A stretch of 64,000 nucleotides of DNA. It comes from Bdellovibrionota bacterium. Its GTDB lineage: Bacteria > Bdellovibrionota_C > UBA2361 > JAAYZI01. Positions 38,805 through 50,700 of this stretch are shown here, piece after piece. Each line of letters starts with the position of its first letter. Position 1 is the first letter of the stretch. The stretch covers positions 736,001-800,000 of the forward strand of contig JBMNIF010000002.1 of the NCBI GenBank assembly GCA_050950765.1. Direction: 5' to 3'. The notes under the pieces are model-generated. The model ran no database searches and was not told the origin of the DNA. It worked only from the letters and a program-made list of their open reading frames with translations. The position numbers were made by a program, and so were the translations under genes.

Positions 38805-41800
38805 ATGAAAAAAGAAAGGATGATGAAGGTAAAGACAGTAGTATTCCTATTATCACTAATCTTACTACTGCTAATCGGTGTTCCCAACTTTTTTAACTTT
38901 ACCTCTAATGCAGCCGATGATCTTATTAGTTCTGATCTTAAAAGATCAGACGCTGCCCTCTTACCCGCAACACTACCGTTTGACCTCACTACTAAAAAGG
39001 GAGGAGAGGTTATAAAATGCACTAACTTTAGTGAGACTTTAGATGCTACTGTTTCAATAACTGTAATCGGTGCTAAAAATGAAGTTACAACTGAAGATAT
39101 CTCTATTAAAAGTGCTTCAGAAGAAGTTTTCGATATTAGACAGATTGCAGGATTTAAAAAGAAAATTAAAAGGTCAAAATACGGTATAATTGATTTTAAC
39201 TCACAAGATAAAGATGTAAGTTGTGAGATAATCAGTTATGACTATCAGTATCGTGATATTTTAAAAGATGTTTATAGTACCCGTTCAGTTGGAAGAGATG
39301 ACATCCTCTCTGGAGAGAGCTACATTATTGCAAGCCCTCATATCTATAAAAAACCCCTTGCTCTAAAAACCCTCGTTATTCACAACACCGCTTCAGAACC
39401 ATTAAATCTAAATATTACAGGATACTCTAATGTAGGAAAGAAGATTCTAGGAAAAGATAACGTTTCAATCCCTCCTTATGGCAGATACGCCCTAAGAGTA
39501 CGTAACTCTGCCCACGCCACATATCACCTTACACCTAACGTTACAGAAGGGGCTGCTACACCCCAATATGTAGCTTATTTAAGGGTAACCTCTAATGCCC
39601 GTGAGTCTGCTCCTTATCAGAAAGTACACTTTATAAAACCGAGTAAAACCTTTGAAGAGAGCGCCCTTTTCCCTGCAAAAGGGGTGCTAGTTGTTTCAAA
39701 TATAAGTTCAGCTCCTACACTATTTAACTATGAAGTTTATACGAAAGGTTTAAAGGTTTATGAAGGTACAGAGTGGGTTTTACCGTATGCACAGAGGTAC
39801 TTGGATTTAAAGAAGCAACTTAAGAAGTTAGATAAACCAACGATAAAACTTATCCCTGAAAATCAGTTTCGTCCTAAGGTATGTGATAGTGAAGGTAAAT
39901 GTGTAACCTCCATGCAGCGGGGACTCCTCGTGGTTAATCAGTATGACAGTGTGAAACGGAATCCGTACCAAGTTTTTGATAACCGTTATTATAACGGCAC
40001 CTCTCTATTTGCTACATTTGATAATACCTTAAAGGAGAAGACAACATTACAGATAGTTAATTCAAACCCTAAAGATGCAGAGGTATCTTTACTGATAAAT
40101 CAAGGTGGTGATTATAAAAAACATATTTACACACTTGGAGGGAACTCAACTTTAACCGTAGCATTAAGAAAGCTAGTTAAGAAAAACACCTTAGGTTATA
40201 TCCTTTTTTCTTCAGATAAGGCTATTACAGTATACGTTCGTTCTTTTTATAAGGGAGGTTCAAGTAGAGAATACTTTGCTACACCGTTAGAGAACTTAGA
40301 TAGTGATTTTGTTAGTGATAGTAGGTTTAGAGATAATACCTTACAGGAGAGTTTTAACTTTAGCTCTGCCGTTACCTATTCAAAATTACCTGTAACGTGT
40401 TTTAAGTATGCTGGTTTTAAAGACAGTGATGGTGATGGTTTATGTGACCACGAAGAGGTAGCGATCGGCTCTAATCCTAGAAAAACAGATACAGATAATG
40501 ACGGTATCTCTGATGGTGAGGAGCTTTATCACTATTTTTCATCACCCCTTTTAAAGGATAGTGATAACGACGGTTACTCTGATGCAGAGGAGATTGAAGC
40601 AGGAACGAGACCCTACGATGCGAATGTTTTTCCTGAAAGAGAGTTTGGAGATCTTACGATTCGTTTTGATAGTACAGGGCAGGTTATGAAAACTCGTCCA
40701 CCTATCTCTTATGCTTTAAACTCTGCACATACTTGGCCAGGAAATACATTTAAAAGTAGTGATTGGGAGTATCCAAGTATTACGGCGTTGATACCATTTT
40801 TTGCGCATTCTAAAGCTACAACTACTTCTCATGTTGAACTTTACAATAAAATAGCAAGAGGAGAACCTATTACTTACGGTGTTGTAGATATGAGGAAATC
40901 CGAGACCGCACGAAAAAAATTTTCTCGGGATGATCTTGCAGAGCTTGCGCAGATGTATATTGAAGCTTATTTGGGGATGATAAGAGACGTTATAAAAAAT
41001 GCCTCTTGTGAAGTTAAAGAGGATCTAGGAGGTATAAAGGAGACTCCGTCTCAGGATGAAGACGCTTTACTTCAAGGTGATAGGGTTCCTGAAGGTGCCC
41101 CAGATATCTTTATAAGGTTAATTGATCAGGAGTGTGATGGTGAACATTGGTATACTGCTACTTCTTATGTGGATCCCTTTACTAGAGAACTTACTCTTTG
41201 GCGGGTAGGCATTGAGCCTGCGTCGAAGACAGAATACACACTTGCACATGAGCTTGGGCATAAGTTTGGACTTATAGATCTATATCAAACAGGTATAAGG
41301 GATGTATTTCCTAGATCTATAATGAAAAGTGATAGTTACTGCATGACAGGCTTTGATGTGCTTAATATCTATATTAGAAGCATTATGCAGCTAACTAATT
41401 TTCAACTCTCTTATTCTGATATTATTCAAGATCATCTGCATAGTTGTACTACTGATGCAATACCTGACGGAGTAAAGATAGTTTATGAATATGATGGTAA
41501 AGTTCAAGAAACTCCTTGCTTTAAAAAAGAAGAGATAATTATCATTTCTCCTTTATCAGGGGAAATTTTTGAATATGAATGGTGTGTATATAATGAATTA
41601 CGCAGTGTAGAGAGAAGTAAGATAGGATCAGAGAGAATTAAAGAAGTAGAGCGGTTAAAAATTTTTCCTGCTACAATAGTAAGCCCGATGTGTGATCCTA
41701 AAGACATTGAGTGCAACAATAAGCACGTTAAGTGTCGCCAAGAGTTTTTTAATACCTATATAAAATGTGTTGTTTATAAGGGTGAGCAGCTGCAAGCTTG

Positions 41801-44123
41801 GCTAGACTTCTATCTAGCTTATATGGATCTTACTATCTGTAAGATCAAGGATTGTCCAAGTAGTTCTGATTATATGGATGTTGCAAGATGCGATATAAAG
41901 TATTGTGAGGAGGAGTTTGGCAAGAAATTAAATGCTCATCAAAATCTTGTTAAAAAAATGGGCACTGTGGATTGTAACGTTTGTGAAAAAGATACGTGTA
42001 AAGCTTCAGGTAAAGAGTATGAATATGTAAAGCCGTGGGGGAAGCCTTGTGTGTGCCGCAATAGCAGATGTGAAGAAGGTAAGTTTGTAATTAGAAGCCC
42101 TAATAAAGATGGTCGCTATATCTGTTGTGATCATAGTGATGATCAATACTGTAAAACAGGAAGGGGGATACTTTGTTGCCCTGCTAGTAAGAGTTGCATT
42201 GAAGATTTTATTGAACAAGAAAAGGTCTGTTGCGATAATCCGTTTACAGATCCCCTCGGGGAGAACACAATTTGTTGCGATGGTGCAAAAGATCAAAAAC
42301 GTAAGTTATGCAAATGTGGTAGTGAGTATCAAGTTCTTTCAAGTGATACAGAGGAGGGCTATCTCTGTTGTGAAGATAAAAATGCTGTGGAGTGTAGTGG
42401 GAAGTGTTGTAGTGGCACCTGCGCTAATGGTGTGTGTTGCGAAGAAGATGAAATAAGTTGTGGTGGTGTTTGCTGTGCAAAGGATAGGTGCGCGCATTCT
42501 CCCGTACAATCAAAGTGTTGTCCGTCAGGAACGAAACTTTGTGGAGACCTCTGTTGCGACTTCTGTGGTTCATCCTCAGGGCTTGACAATTTTGTTTGTG
42601 TAAGATGTCCAGAAGGACAAATTACCTGCGCAGAAAAGTGCTGTAAGCCTGAAGATTGCTATGGGGATCCTGACCCAAGTGCAGGGGTCGATGGTGTTGG
42701 AACCCCCTATTGCCATAATAATTGTGGAGAAGAGGAGTTTGAATGTCCTAATAGTGAAAGGTGTTGTTCGATATATAAAGAGTGCTGTGATAATAAAGAA
42801 GAAAAAGGGTGCTGCCCTAAGTGCGCTAGGGAAGATGTCTTTGTTGGAAGAAAAGATGATAAAAGAAAAACTCCTATCTGTTGTCCGAAAATAAAGCCGT
42901 ACTATAAAGGTGATAATATAAAAGGAAGTCCAGTGTGCTGCGATAAGGATGAGATTAATTGTGGCGGAGTTTGTTGTGCCCCTAACCTGTGTACAAGAGG
43001 AAAATGGGGTTATGCCTGTTGTCCCGCCACTACCTTTACAGGAGAAGAGCAGATAGCTTGTGGAAAAGAGTGTTGTGAAAAGAAGTATTGTGAAAATGGA
43101 ATTTGTAAAATGCCGACAACGACTTCTACGGTAACAGCAACGCCGCCTGATACACCTAATGCAACGGAGTCTCCGACAAAGGCACCAAAACCTAATCAAA
43201 CATCTACACCAGATGAAACAACGACACCAACTTCTAGTGAAACGGTAATGCCAACGCCTAGTGAGACACCGCCACCTGCTGCAACAAAAACTCCGTTAAG
43301 AACGGTAACTCCTACGGTAGTACCATCTAAGACGGTAGCGCCTAGTAATGCTCCTACTCCGACTATTACGAAGAGTGCTACTCCAACAATGACTCCAACA
43401 AAAACGGCTACTCCAACGAAAACGCCGACGCCTTCAAGGACACCGACGAAAACACCTACAAAGACACCAACGCCGACTCCGACGATAACGCCGACAGTAA
43501 CATCAACTCTTTCACCGACACCTACTTGTCCTACGGGGATAGACTTTAATGAGATTAGTCAAAGTTGTTGTTCAAAAGATCTTCCGTACTATATTAGTAA
43601 AGAGGAGCCGAATATCGGGATGTGTTGTAAATTAGCAACAGATACCCTTTGCGGAAGTTATGAAGTACAGTGTTGTGCTAGTGGACAGTGTACTTCGGGA
43701 GACTTAGGGGATCAGACCTGCTGTGCTGCTACTACCTCTAGTGGCAAAAAGCAGATCGCTTGCGGAAGTGTCTGCTGCGAAGAAACATATTGTAAAAGCG
43801 GAGTTTGTAAAACACCAACTCCTACACCTACAAAAACTCCAACAAAAACACCTACGCCAAGTGTAACTAAAACACCAACGAATACTCCAACAAAAACGCC
43901 AACGCCAAGTGTAACAAAGACACCGACAAAAACTCCTACACCAACTCCAACCCCTAAACTAACACCTATACCAACAGTGACGAAGTCTCCAATAAAGACA
44001 CCAACCCCTACACCATCAGCAACCTTTAATCCGTTCTTTACAGAAAGTGTCACACCAACACCACTGCCGACACCGTTCTACACGGAAACAACAGGCACAC
44101 CGATGCAATCCCCAAATTTTTAA
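38805..44123 (+). CDS. 1772-aa secreted multidomain protein with Ca-binding repeats, a zinc metallopeptidase motif, Cys-rich region and Pro/Thr tracts
   Basis: Signal peptide; [38 protein letters not shown] at 41247-41279 followed by SIM; dozens of CC pairs; two PT tracts. Confidence 0.85.
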   Translation: MKKERMMKVKTVVFLLSLILLLLIGVPNFFNFTSNAADDLISSDLKRSDAALLPATLPFDLTTKKGGEVIKCTNFSETLDATVSITVIGAKNEVTTEDISIKSASEEVFDIRQIAGFKKKIKRSKYGIIDFNSQDKDVSCEIISYDYQYRDILKDVYSTRSVGRDDILSGESYIIASPHIYKKPLALKTLVIHNTASEPLNLNITGYSNVGKKILGKDNVSIPPYGRYALRVRNSAHATYHLTPNVTEGAATPQYVAYLRVTSNARESAPYQKVHFIKPSKTFEESALFPAKGVLVVSNISSAPTLFNYEVYTKGLKVYEGTEWVLPYAQRYLDLKKQLKKLDKPTIKLIPENQFRPKVCDSEGKCVTSMQRGLLVVNQYDSVKRNPYQVFDNRYYNGTSLFATFDNTLKEKTTLQIVNSNPKDAEVSLLINQGGDYKKHIYTLGGNSTLTVALRKLVKKNTLGYILFSSDKAITVYVRSFYKGGSSREYFATPLENLDSDFVSDSRFRDNTLQESFNFSSAVTYSKLPVTCFKYAGFKDSDGDGLCDHEEVAIGSNPRKTDTDNDGISDGEELYHYFSSPLLKDSDNDGYSDAEEIEAGTRPYDANVFPEREFGDLTIRFDSTGQVMKTRPPISYALNSAHTWPGNTFKSSDWEYPSITALIPFFAHSKATTTSHVELYNKIARGEPITYGVVDMRKSETARKKFSRDDLAELAQMYIEAYLGMIRDVIKNASCEVKEDLGGIKETPSQDEDALLQGDRVPEGAPDIFIRLIDQECDGEHWYTATSYVDPFTRELTLWRVGIEPASKTEYTLAHELGHKFGLIDLYQTGIRDVFPRSIMKSDSYCMTGFDVLNIYIRSIMQLTNFQLSYSDIIQDHLHSCTTDAIPDGVKIVYEYDGKVQETPCFKKEEIIIISPLSGEIFEYEWCVYNELRSVERSKIGSERIKEVERLKIFPATIVSPMCDPKDIECNNKHVKCRQEFFNTYIKCVVYKGEQLQAWLDFYLAYMDLTICKIKDCPSSSDYMDVARCDIKYCEEEFGKKLNAHQNLVKKMGTVDCNVCEKDTCKASGKEYEYVKPWGKPCVCRNSRCEEGKFVIRSPNKDGRYICCDHSDDQYCKTGRGILCCPASKSCIEDFIEQEKVCCDNPFTDPLGENTICCDGAKDQKRKLCKCGSEYQVLSSDTEEGYLCCEDKNAVECSGKCCSGTCANGVCCEEDEISCGGVCCAKDRCAHSPVQSKCCPSGTKLCGDLCCDFCGSSSGLDNFVCVRCPEGQITCAEKCCKPEDCYGDPDPSAGVDGVGTPYCHNNCGEEEFECPNSERCCSIYKECCDNKEEKGCCPKCAREDVFVGRKDDKRKTPICCPKIKPYYKGDNIKGSPVCCDKDEINCGGVCCAPNLCTRGKWGYACCPATTFTGEEQIACGKECCEKKYCENGICKMPTTTSTVTATPPDTPNATESPTKAPKPNQTSTPDETTTPTSSETVMPTPSETPPPAATKTPLRTVTPTVVPSKTVAPSNAPTPTITKSATPTMTPTKTATPTKTPTPSRTPTKTPTKTPTPTPTITPTVTSTLSPTPTCPTGIDFNEISQSCCSKDLPYYISKEEPNIGMCCKLATDTLCGSYEVQCCASGQCTSGDLGDQTCCAATTSSGKKQIACGSVCCEETYCKSGVCKTPTPTPTKTPTKTPTPSVTKTPTNTPTKTPTPSVTKTPTKTPTPTPTPKLTPIPTVTKSPIKTPTPTPSATFNPFFTESVTPTPLPTPFYTETTGTPMQSPNF

Positions 44124-44256
44124 CCTCCGTTCAAACCTTTGACCTCCGTCTAGACCTAGCCGATCTTGAATCGCGCCCGTTCCAATTTTTTGACCTACGT
44201 CTAGATCTAAGTGATTCGCCCTGCAAGTTGCAGCCCGTTCAAGTGCCCTTAGAGGG
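44115..44256 (+). repeat. Degenerate copies (about 2.5) of the intergenic repeat arrayed at 58030-58415, in the opposite orientation
   Basis: AATTTTTAACCTCCGT, GACCTCCGTCTAGACCTAGCCGAT, GATTCGCCCTGCAAGTTGCAGCCCGTTCAA and CCTTAGAGGG match the reverse complement of the 58-kb units. Confidence 0.85.
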
Positions 44257-44279
44257 ATCGTGCTTGAAGGGTGGTAGCA

Positions 44280-44987
44280 CTACTTATTAAACCAGTTGTC
44301 AGCTCTTTCAGTCATTTCGTTTAATGTTGCTTCCAACTGTAAAAGTGCTTGATCAAACTCCGCACCTACTAAGTCTTTAGGAAAGCGTAGCGGTTCGCCT
44401 AAAATATAAACGGCGGGGGAGAACGGTTTTGGAATAATCATGCCGTCCCAACTTGAAAGTTTCCAAACCTGTTTTGCACTGTAAGTGACGGGGAGGATCG
44501 TGGCGCCTGTCATAACGGCGAGAGATAATACACCTTGCTTTGCTTTGTATCTCGGCCCCCTTGGACCATCAGGTGTAAAGCAGACGTGGTGCCCCTCTTC
44601 TATCTTTGCAGCTAAAGATCTAAGAGCATTTACTCCACCATAAGAAGAAGATCCGAAAACAGTAGAGATCTTTAAAGCACGCATAATCTCACTAATAATT
44701 CTCCCGTCAGTATGGTGCGAGATCAGAACAAACATCTCTCTTTTGCAGTTCGAGCTTTTATGCTCAAGGTAGACCCAAGGGATCATCAACTGTCTGCCAT
44801 GCCAAAAAACACCGATAATAGGTTCTTTATCACCCCATAAAGCTTTATCACCATCAAAACCGACCTTCTCCCAACGAAGGGTGGCGTGGATAAACCTTAA
44901 TAACACCGCTCCCACCTTTGCAGCGATAAAGACTTTTAGATGCTGCTTAAATGATAGCTTTCTATGAGATCTTTTTTGCTCAGCCAT
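44280..44987 (-). CDS. DUF374 / lysophospholipid acyltransferase family protein
   Basis: FWHGRQL, LISHHTDG, GSSSYGG, TPDGPRGP and SWDGMIIPKPFS motifs; directly after msbA. Confidence 0.9.
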   Translation of the reverse strand: MAEQKRSHRKLSFKQHLKVFIAAKVGAVLLRFIHATLRWEKVGFDGDKALWGDKEPIIGVFWHGRQLMIPWVYLEHKSSNCKREMFVLISHHTDGRIISEIMRALKISTVFGSSSYGGVNALRSLAAKIEEGHHVCFTPDGPRGPRYKAKQGVLSLAVMTGATILPVTYSAKQVWKLSSWDGMIIPKPFSPAVYILGEPLRFPKDLVGAEFDQALLQLEATLNEMTERADNWFNK

Positions 44988-45000
44988 GATCCTTTAAACT

Positions 45001-46812
45001 TTATCCCGCTTTAAACTGTAAGGCGTGTAGTTTTGAGAAACAGCCACCACGTTTTAATAGTTCATCGTGTGTGCCAACTTCAACAATGGTGCCGTTTTCC
45101 ATAACGATAATTTTGTCAGCTGTTTGAATTGTTGAAAGACGGTGTGCAATAACAACTGTGGTGCGTTGACGAATTAAACTTTCCAGCGCTGCCTGCACTT
45201 CTCTTTCAGACCTGTTATCAAGAGAAGCTGTGGCTTCATCTAAGATTAAAATCGGAGCGTCTTTAAGGATAGCACGTGCAATAGCGATACGTTGTCTCTC
45301 TCCGCCAGATAAACTAAAACCACTTTCTCCAACTACCGTGTTAAACTTCTGTGGTAGCTGCATAATAAAATCATAAGCGTAAGCTGTTTTTGCGGCTTGA
45401 ATAACTTCAGCTTCTGTACACCCTTCTTTACCGTAAGCGATGTTGTTGTAGATGGTATCATTAAAAAGGAAGGTGTGTTGAGTGACCATAGCGATTCTGC
45501 GACGCACTTCTGCGATCGCAACATCTTTAATATTGACGCCACCAATAAAGATGGAACCACTTTGCGGATCTATAAAACGGGGAATAAGTGCAACTAAGGT
45601 GCTCTTTCCTGCTCCCGAAAAACCGACTAAGGCAACGCGACTATTTTCTTCAACGGCCATGTTGATATTCTTTAAAGCAGGTGCTTTATCGGCAGCGTAG
45701 CTGAAAGTTACATCTTTAATAACGATATCATTTCCGCTCCCTAGTGGGATCGTATCTCCCTTATCCTGTACGGAAGGTGGAGTGTTTAACAGTTCATAAA
45801 TTCTATCAGTGCCGGAGATGCCTTGTTGTAGCTGATTATTTATTTTGCTGAGTCGTTTAAACGGTGCATATAAAAGGAAGATAGAAGTTAAAAATGATAA
45901 AAACATCCCTGAACTTCTGCCACCATCCATTACAGCAAAACCACCGAACAGAAGCACTCCAGCGATAGCAAAGATCGCCATGACTTCATTTAGAGGTCCT
46001 ATGGCGGCACGAATACGTTCAGACTTAATAAATGTACGGGTTAGATTCTCATTTTCTTTAGCGAATCGTTCCTCTTCAAATTTTTCACGATTAAAAATTT
46101 TAACGATCTGGTGTCCGAGCACAGTTTCTTGAATCAATCCGCTAATACTGCCGATGGCATCTTGCCCGCGCTTACTTAATTTACGGATCCTACGACTAAA
46201 GCGGTAAACAGGGATAAAGCCAACTACAAAAGCCACAAAAGCTACTGATGCCAAGATAGGATCAAGACAGATCGCATAAGCTAGTAATGCAATAATGCTA
46301 ATAATATCTTTAACAATTGAAGCTAAAGAGCTAGTTAAGATATCTCGTACTAAGATAACATCACTGGTGAATCTCGCTAAAATATCTCCGACAGATTTTG
46401 TTAAAAAGAAATCAGAACCCATCTTTAATAGGTGTGAGTTCATCTTATTTCTAATATCGCGAGTGACGTTATGCCCAACTTTTGCCATTAGAAATTGCTG
46501 TCCGAAGTCCAGCGCTGCACGGATAAAGGCGAAGATGATTAGCGCTGCAAACATAACCCACAGCAGGTCTCTACTTTTGTCATTAAAGACCTTATCTAAA
46601 ACGTTTCGTATTAAAAACGGAATACCCGCTTCAGATGCACCAAAAAGCGCCATGCAAATTAAGGCTGCAATAAACTGCCAACGATACGGTTTTAGGTAAA
46701 TGTAGATCCTCCGCCAAGTTTGAGGTAATGCCGATATCTTGAGGCGTTGCTTCTTCTCTTTTTTCCCCTGTTTGGAAAAAGGCTCTTGAATAGTGTCGGT
46801 ATTGTTGCTCAT
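45001..46812 (-). CDS. msbA: Lipid A export ABC transporter MsbA
   Basis: 6-TM domain plus GFSGAGKST, LSGGERQRIAIARA, LDEATASLD and IAHRLST. Start uncertain (46812 or 46824). Confidence 0.85.
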   Translation of the reverse strand: MSNNTDTIQEPFSKQGKKEKKQRLKISALPQTWRRIYIYLKPYRWQFIAALICMALFGASEAGIPFLIRNVLDKVFNDKSRDLLWVMFAALIIFAFIRAALDFGQQFLMAKVGHNVTRDIRNKMNSHLLKMGSDFFLTKSVGDILARFTSDVILVRDILTSSLASIVKDIISIIALLAYAICLDPILASVAFVAFVVGFIPVYRFSRRIRKLSKRGQDAIGSISGLIQETVLGHQIVKIFNREKFEEERFAKENENLTRTFIKSERIRAAIGPLNEVMAIFAIAGVLLFGGFAVMDGGRSSGMFLSFLTSIFLLYAPFKRLSKINNQLQQGISGTDRIYELLNTPPSVQDKGDTIPLGSGNDIVIKDVTFSYAADKAPALKNINMAVEENSRVALVGFSGAGKSTLVALIPRFIDPQSGSIFIGGVNIKDVAIAEVRRRIAMVTQHTFLFNDTIYNNIAYGKEGCTEAEVIQAAKTAYAYDFIMQLPQKFNTVVGESGFSLSGGERQRIAIARAILKDAPILILDEATASLDNRSEREVQAALESLIRQRTTVVIAHRLSTIQTADKIIVMENGTIVEVGTHDELLKRGGCFSKLHALQFKAG

Positions 46813-47084
46813 AAAATTATCCATCCTCTGCAAGGGTAACGGAAGTTTTGAAGTACACACTATAAAGGGAATGATAGTTAAGATCCAGCCCGCTTAACAC
46901 TTTAAATTTATTATTAAAGCACCTTACTGAATTAAAGTCGTTATTTTGATGTTGTGCCGTTAAAAGTAGGGAGACCATGCGATTTTTACAATTTGGCGGA
47001 CTACTTTTTTATTATAAGTGATCCCTGTTCTATATTCTTGTAAAAAAATTACAATGCTTAAAAAAATTAAACCCTATCTAGTTT

Positions 47085-47555
47085 TTATGGTCGTGCTAAC
47101 CGTTCTGTTAAATTCTCACGATAAACCTTAGCCCCTGAAGATATTATAGCGTCAAAAATTAAATCTAGAGTTTCTTCTAGCGTTTCTTTAGTTATTTTGT
47201 CGATGTTTTGATGAATTATTGATGAATCAAAACCGTCATCAAAATTTCCAAGATTCATTAGATCTCTGACACATATAGAATCTTCGGTTAATGCTGAAAG
47301 CTCTGGATATGTAATATTGCGCAAACCTTTTACTACTATACATACTAAAACTTGCTCTGCTGTCATGTCATTACCTGCCTCAGGTACGTCGTTATCTTGT
47401 GCTAAGTCTGCATCGATACTTGCACATATCTTATCAAATGTCGGTGAGGCGCGAAGATCGGCAAAACACTTTTTAAGTTCCCCAATTCGGTCTCTTTTTT
47501 CTGTCTGTGATGTGCGAAAAGTAGGTGTTCGTGTCCTAATTGTCTTAGTCTCCAT
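47085..47555 (-). mobile_element. Stand-alone transposase N-terminal domain (ISNCY/IS5-like, DUF772-type), no DDE domain
   Basis: MTAEQVL..IVVK....TYPEL...EDS..VR...LG...SIIHQNIDKITKETLE resembles the N-terminal helical domain of these transposases. The ORF stops at 156 aa and no terminal inverted repeats were seen. Confidence 0.55.
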
Positions 47556-47733
47556 TAACTTTCGTCCTTATGATTGCTGTAAAATTGATAAAAAATAGAT
47601 CTTATGGAGGAATTAAAATACATTACTACAATGGATGAAAACAGTCGATCCTTTCCCCCCTTATTTTAGCTTAATGTGATAAAATAAGCCTTTATTAAGA
47701 TTCAATAGAAACTATTTAGTAGTTGCCCTTATC

Positions 47734-50700
47734 TCATTTTAAGATAACTTCTTTTTTCTCACTCCAAGGGGTTCTGTGTATGATCTTCTTACCGTTAAGT
47801 AGTAGTACCCTATAACGTACAGAGTAACGTTTGTGCGTAATCTTTAAAGAGAGCACATTTTTCTCATTTGGAAGAGCTCTTCGGATCTTCTTTTGTTTTA
47901 CCACCTTCCCGCGCTGTTTATATCTTCTTGCAATAATCTCCATCTGATAACGGATCTTCATCTTATTATGTGCATTCTGTTTCCCTATTCTTTTAGCAGC
48001 TATCTGTTTTGAAGCGGCTGCATTGAAGTGTTCACCGTAAATAAATAACTTTCTCTTTCTTGCCTGTACGTACGGTTTTAACGGAGGGTTGCTGAAACCG
48101 ATAATAAGCACCTGATCGCTCTTGATGTTAGAATCGAAACAATCAGGGATACCGTTGTTATTGATATCAGTGTCAGGTGTTTCACAACCGCACACCCCCC
48201 TCTCGCTCTTAATACTATCGTATGGACACTCATCAAAACAATCCGCTACCCCATCGCCATCAGTATCGATATCAGGAACACCACAGCCACAGATCCCTTC
48301 TTCCGTTTTTAGAGGATCGTCAGGACACCGATCTTCTTGCGGCGGTGTGGGGTGCAGGGTGGGAGAGATAGTAGGTGTTGGCGTTAAAGTTAGTGATGGA
48401 GTCGGTGTATAAACAGGTATCACTGTCGGAGTTGATGTAGGTGTGCTAGTGGCGCTCTCTGTCTGAAGAGGTGTCGGAGTACTTGTAGCAGTTGTAGTAG
48501 GTGTTGCAGTAGGTTCCTCCGTAGCTTTCGGTGTAGCAGTTGGAATCGGTGTAGGAGTACTTGTAGCAGTTGGCGTTGGAGTAGGAGTTGCAGCAGGTTC
48601 TTCCGTTACTATCGGCGTAGCAGTTGGTGTAGCACTTGGTGCCCCTTCAGGTGTAGCAGTTGGAATCGGTGTAGGAGTACTTGTAGCAGTTGGAGTAGGT
48701 GTTGCAGTTGGTTCCTCCGTTACTATCGGCGTAGCAGTAGGTGTTGCAGTTGGTTCTTCTGTTACTATCGGTGTAGCCGTTGGTGTAGCACTTGGTGCCC
48801 CTTCAGGCGTAGCCGTTGGAATCGGTGTAGGAGTACTTGTAGCAGTTGGAGTAGGAGTTGCAGTTGGTTCTTCTGTTACTATCGGTGTAGCCGTTGGTGT
48901 AGCACTTGGTGCCCCTTCAGGTGTAGCCGTTGGAATCGGTGTAGGAGCACTTGTAGCAGTTGGAGTAGGAGTTGCAGTTGGTTCTTCTGTTACTATCGGT
49001 GTAGCCGTTGGTGTAGCACTTGGTGCCCCTTCAGGTGTAGCCGTTGGAATCGGTGTAGGAGTACTTGTAATAGTTGGAGTTGGAGTTGCAGCAGGTTCTT
49101 CTGTTACTATCGGTGTAGCCGTTGCAGTAGCACTTGGTGCCCCTTCAGGTGTAGCAGTTGGAATTGGGGTAGGGGTACTTGTAGTAGTTGGAGTTATAGT
49201 AGGCGTAGGTGTTGGTGTTGCAGTAGGAGTAGCACTTGGTGCCCCTTCAGGTGTCGCAGTTGGAATTGGGGTAGGGGTGTTCGAATCTTCAGGGTACGGC
49301 GTTGAGCAACCACTTGCAAAGCCGAAAGCCCTAAGAAGTGGTTTAAAGAACGGCATCAGTTGATCCTCTTCCGGATCATCTACACAATAATCCTTACAAT
49401 TTAAGATGCCATCTCCATCAAAATCTCCGAATTCGCCAGACTCATCAGGCGTACACCTACCGTAATATGATCTACAAGAAGCATACTTATCGCAGGTACA
49501 CGTTACAGCAGCACAACCAGGGAGAGGGTTTCCGGAAGAATCAACTTCACACTCTTTAGCGCAATCACCTACTGGGCCACTTTTTTCAAATTCACCGATT
49601 TTGCAGATATCAAAATCTCGTCTAAAAGCGCCGCTAAAGTCTCTATAATTACATCCGCAGATCCCTGCTTCTGTTCTAAGTACATCATTCGGGCAACCAT
49701 CGATACAGTCAGGCACCCCGTCACTATCAGTATCCACTAGAGACTCTACCACTCCACAACCACAGACCCCCGCTTCAGTTTTGTTAGGATCTGACGGACA
49801 GTTATCGATACAGTCAGGCGTACCATCTCCATCGCTATCTGTTTCAGGAACACCGCAACCACAAACTCCAGGGAATAATTTGTTTTCATCAAAAGGACAC
49901 AGGTCACAATCGGGATCAAGCTCATCTGCTAAGCCATCACAATCATTATCGAGACCATCTGTACACAAAAGTTCTGTATTTTCAGGAACGGCGTTACCTT
50001 CATTCGGAACAGCATCGCACACCACACTACTATTTGTCAGAGCACCGTCACAGTTATAAGTGCCCGCACTTCTACAAACGCCGTTACCCGCAAAGCAGAC
50101 TTCACCTAATTGTGAAAAGTTAGGATCTTCACAACACGCTGCGGCAGGCGTTGTAATATTACACGTCACAGGATCTGTCGGAAGTGGGCCTGAACATTGA
50201 TACGTTCCTGTTGCAACACAATTTCCGCTACCCGTCGTGCATGCTTGTCCTATCTGAGCATAATTAGGATCTTCAAAACAGCCAGGACACGGTAAGTCTG
50301 AGCCGTCACAATCTTCATCGATGCCGTTACCGCAAATTTCAGTTGTAGGTTCAACGTTTGGAGCAGAACACGTTAAAACCCCTCCATCGCAAAGAGACAT
50401 CGTGCCTGTTCTATAACACGCACCGAGTAGCCCATTATTACAAGCATCTCCGTAGCCTGCAGCATCAGTATCAGTTATACCATCACAGTCATCATCGATA
50501 TTATTACAAGCGACTTCTGTTGTAGGTTCAACGTTTGGAGCAGAGCACGTTAAAACTCCTCCTTCACAAACCGACATCGTGCCTGTTTGATAACACGCAC
50601 CGAGTAACCCGTTATTGCAAGCATCTCCGTAACCTGCAGCATCAGTATCAGTTATACCGTCACAGTCATCATCGATATTATTACAAGCGATTTCAGTTGT

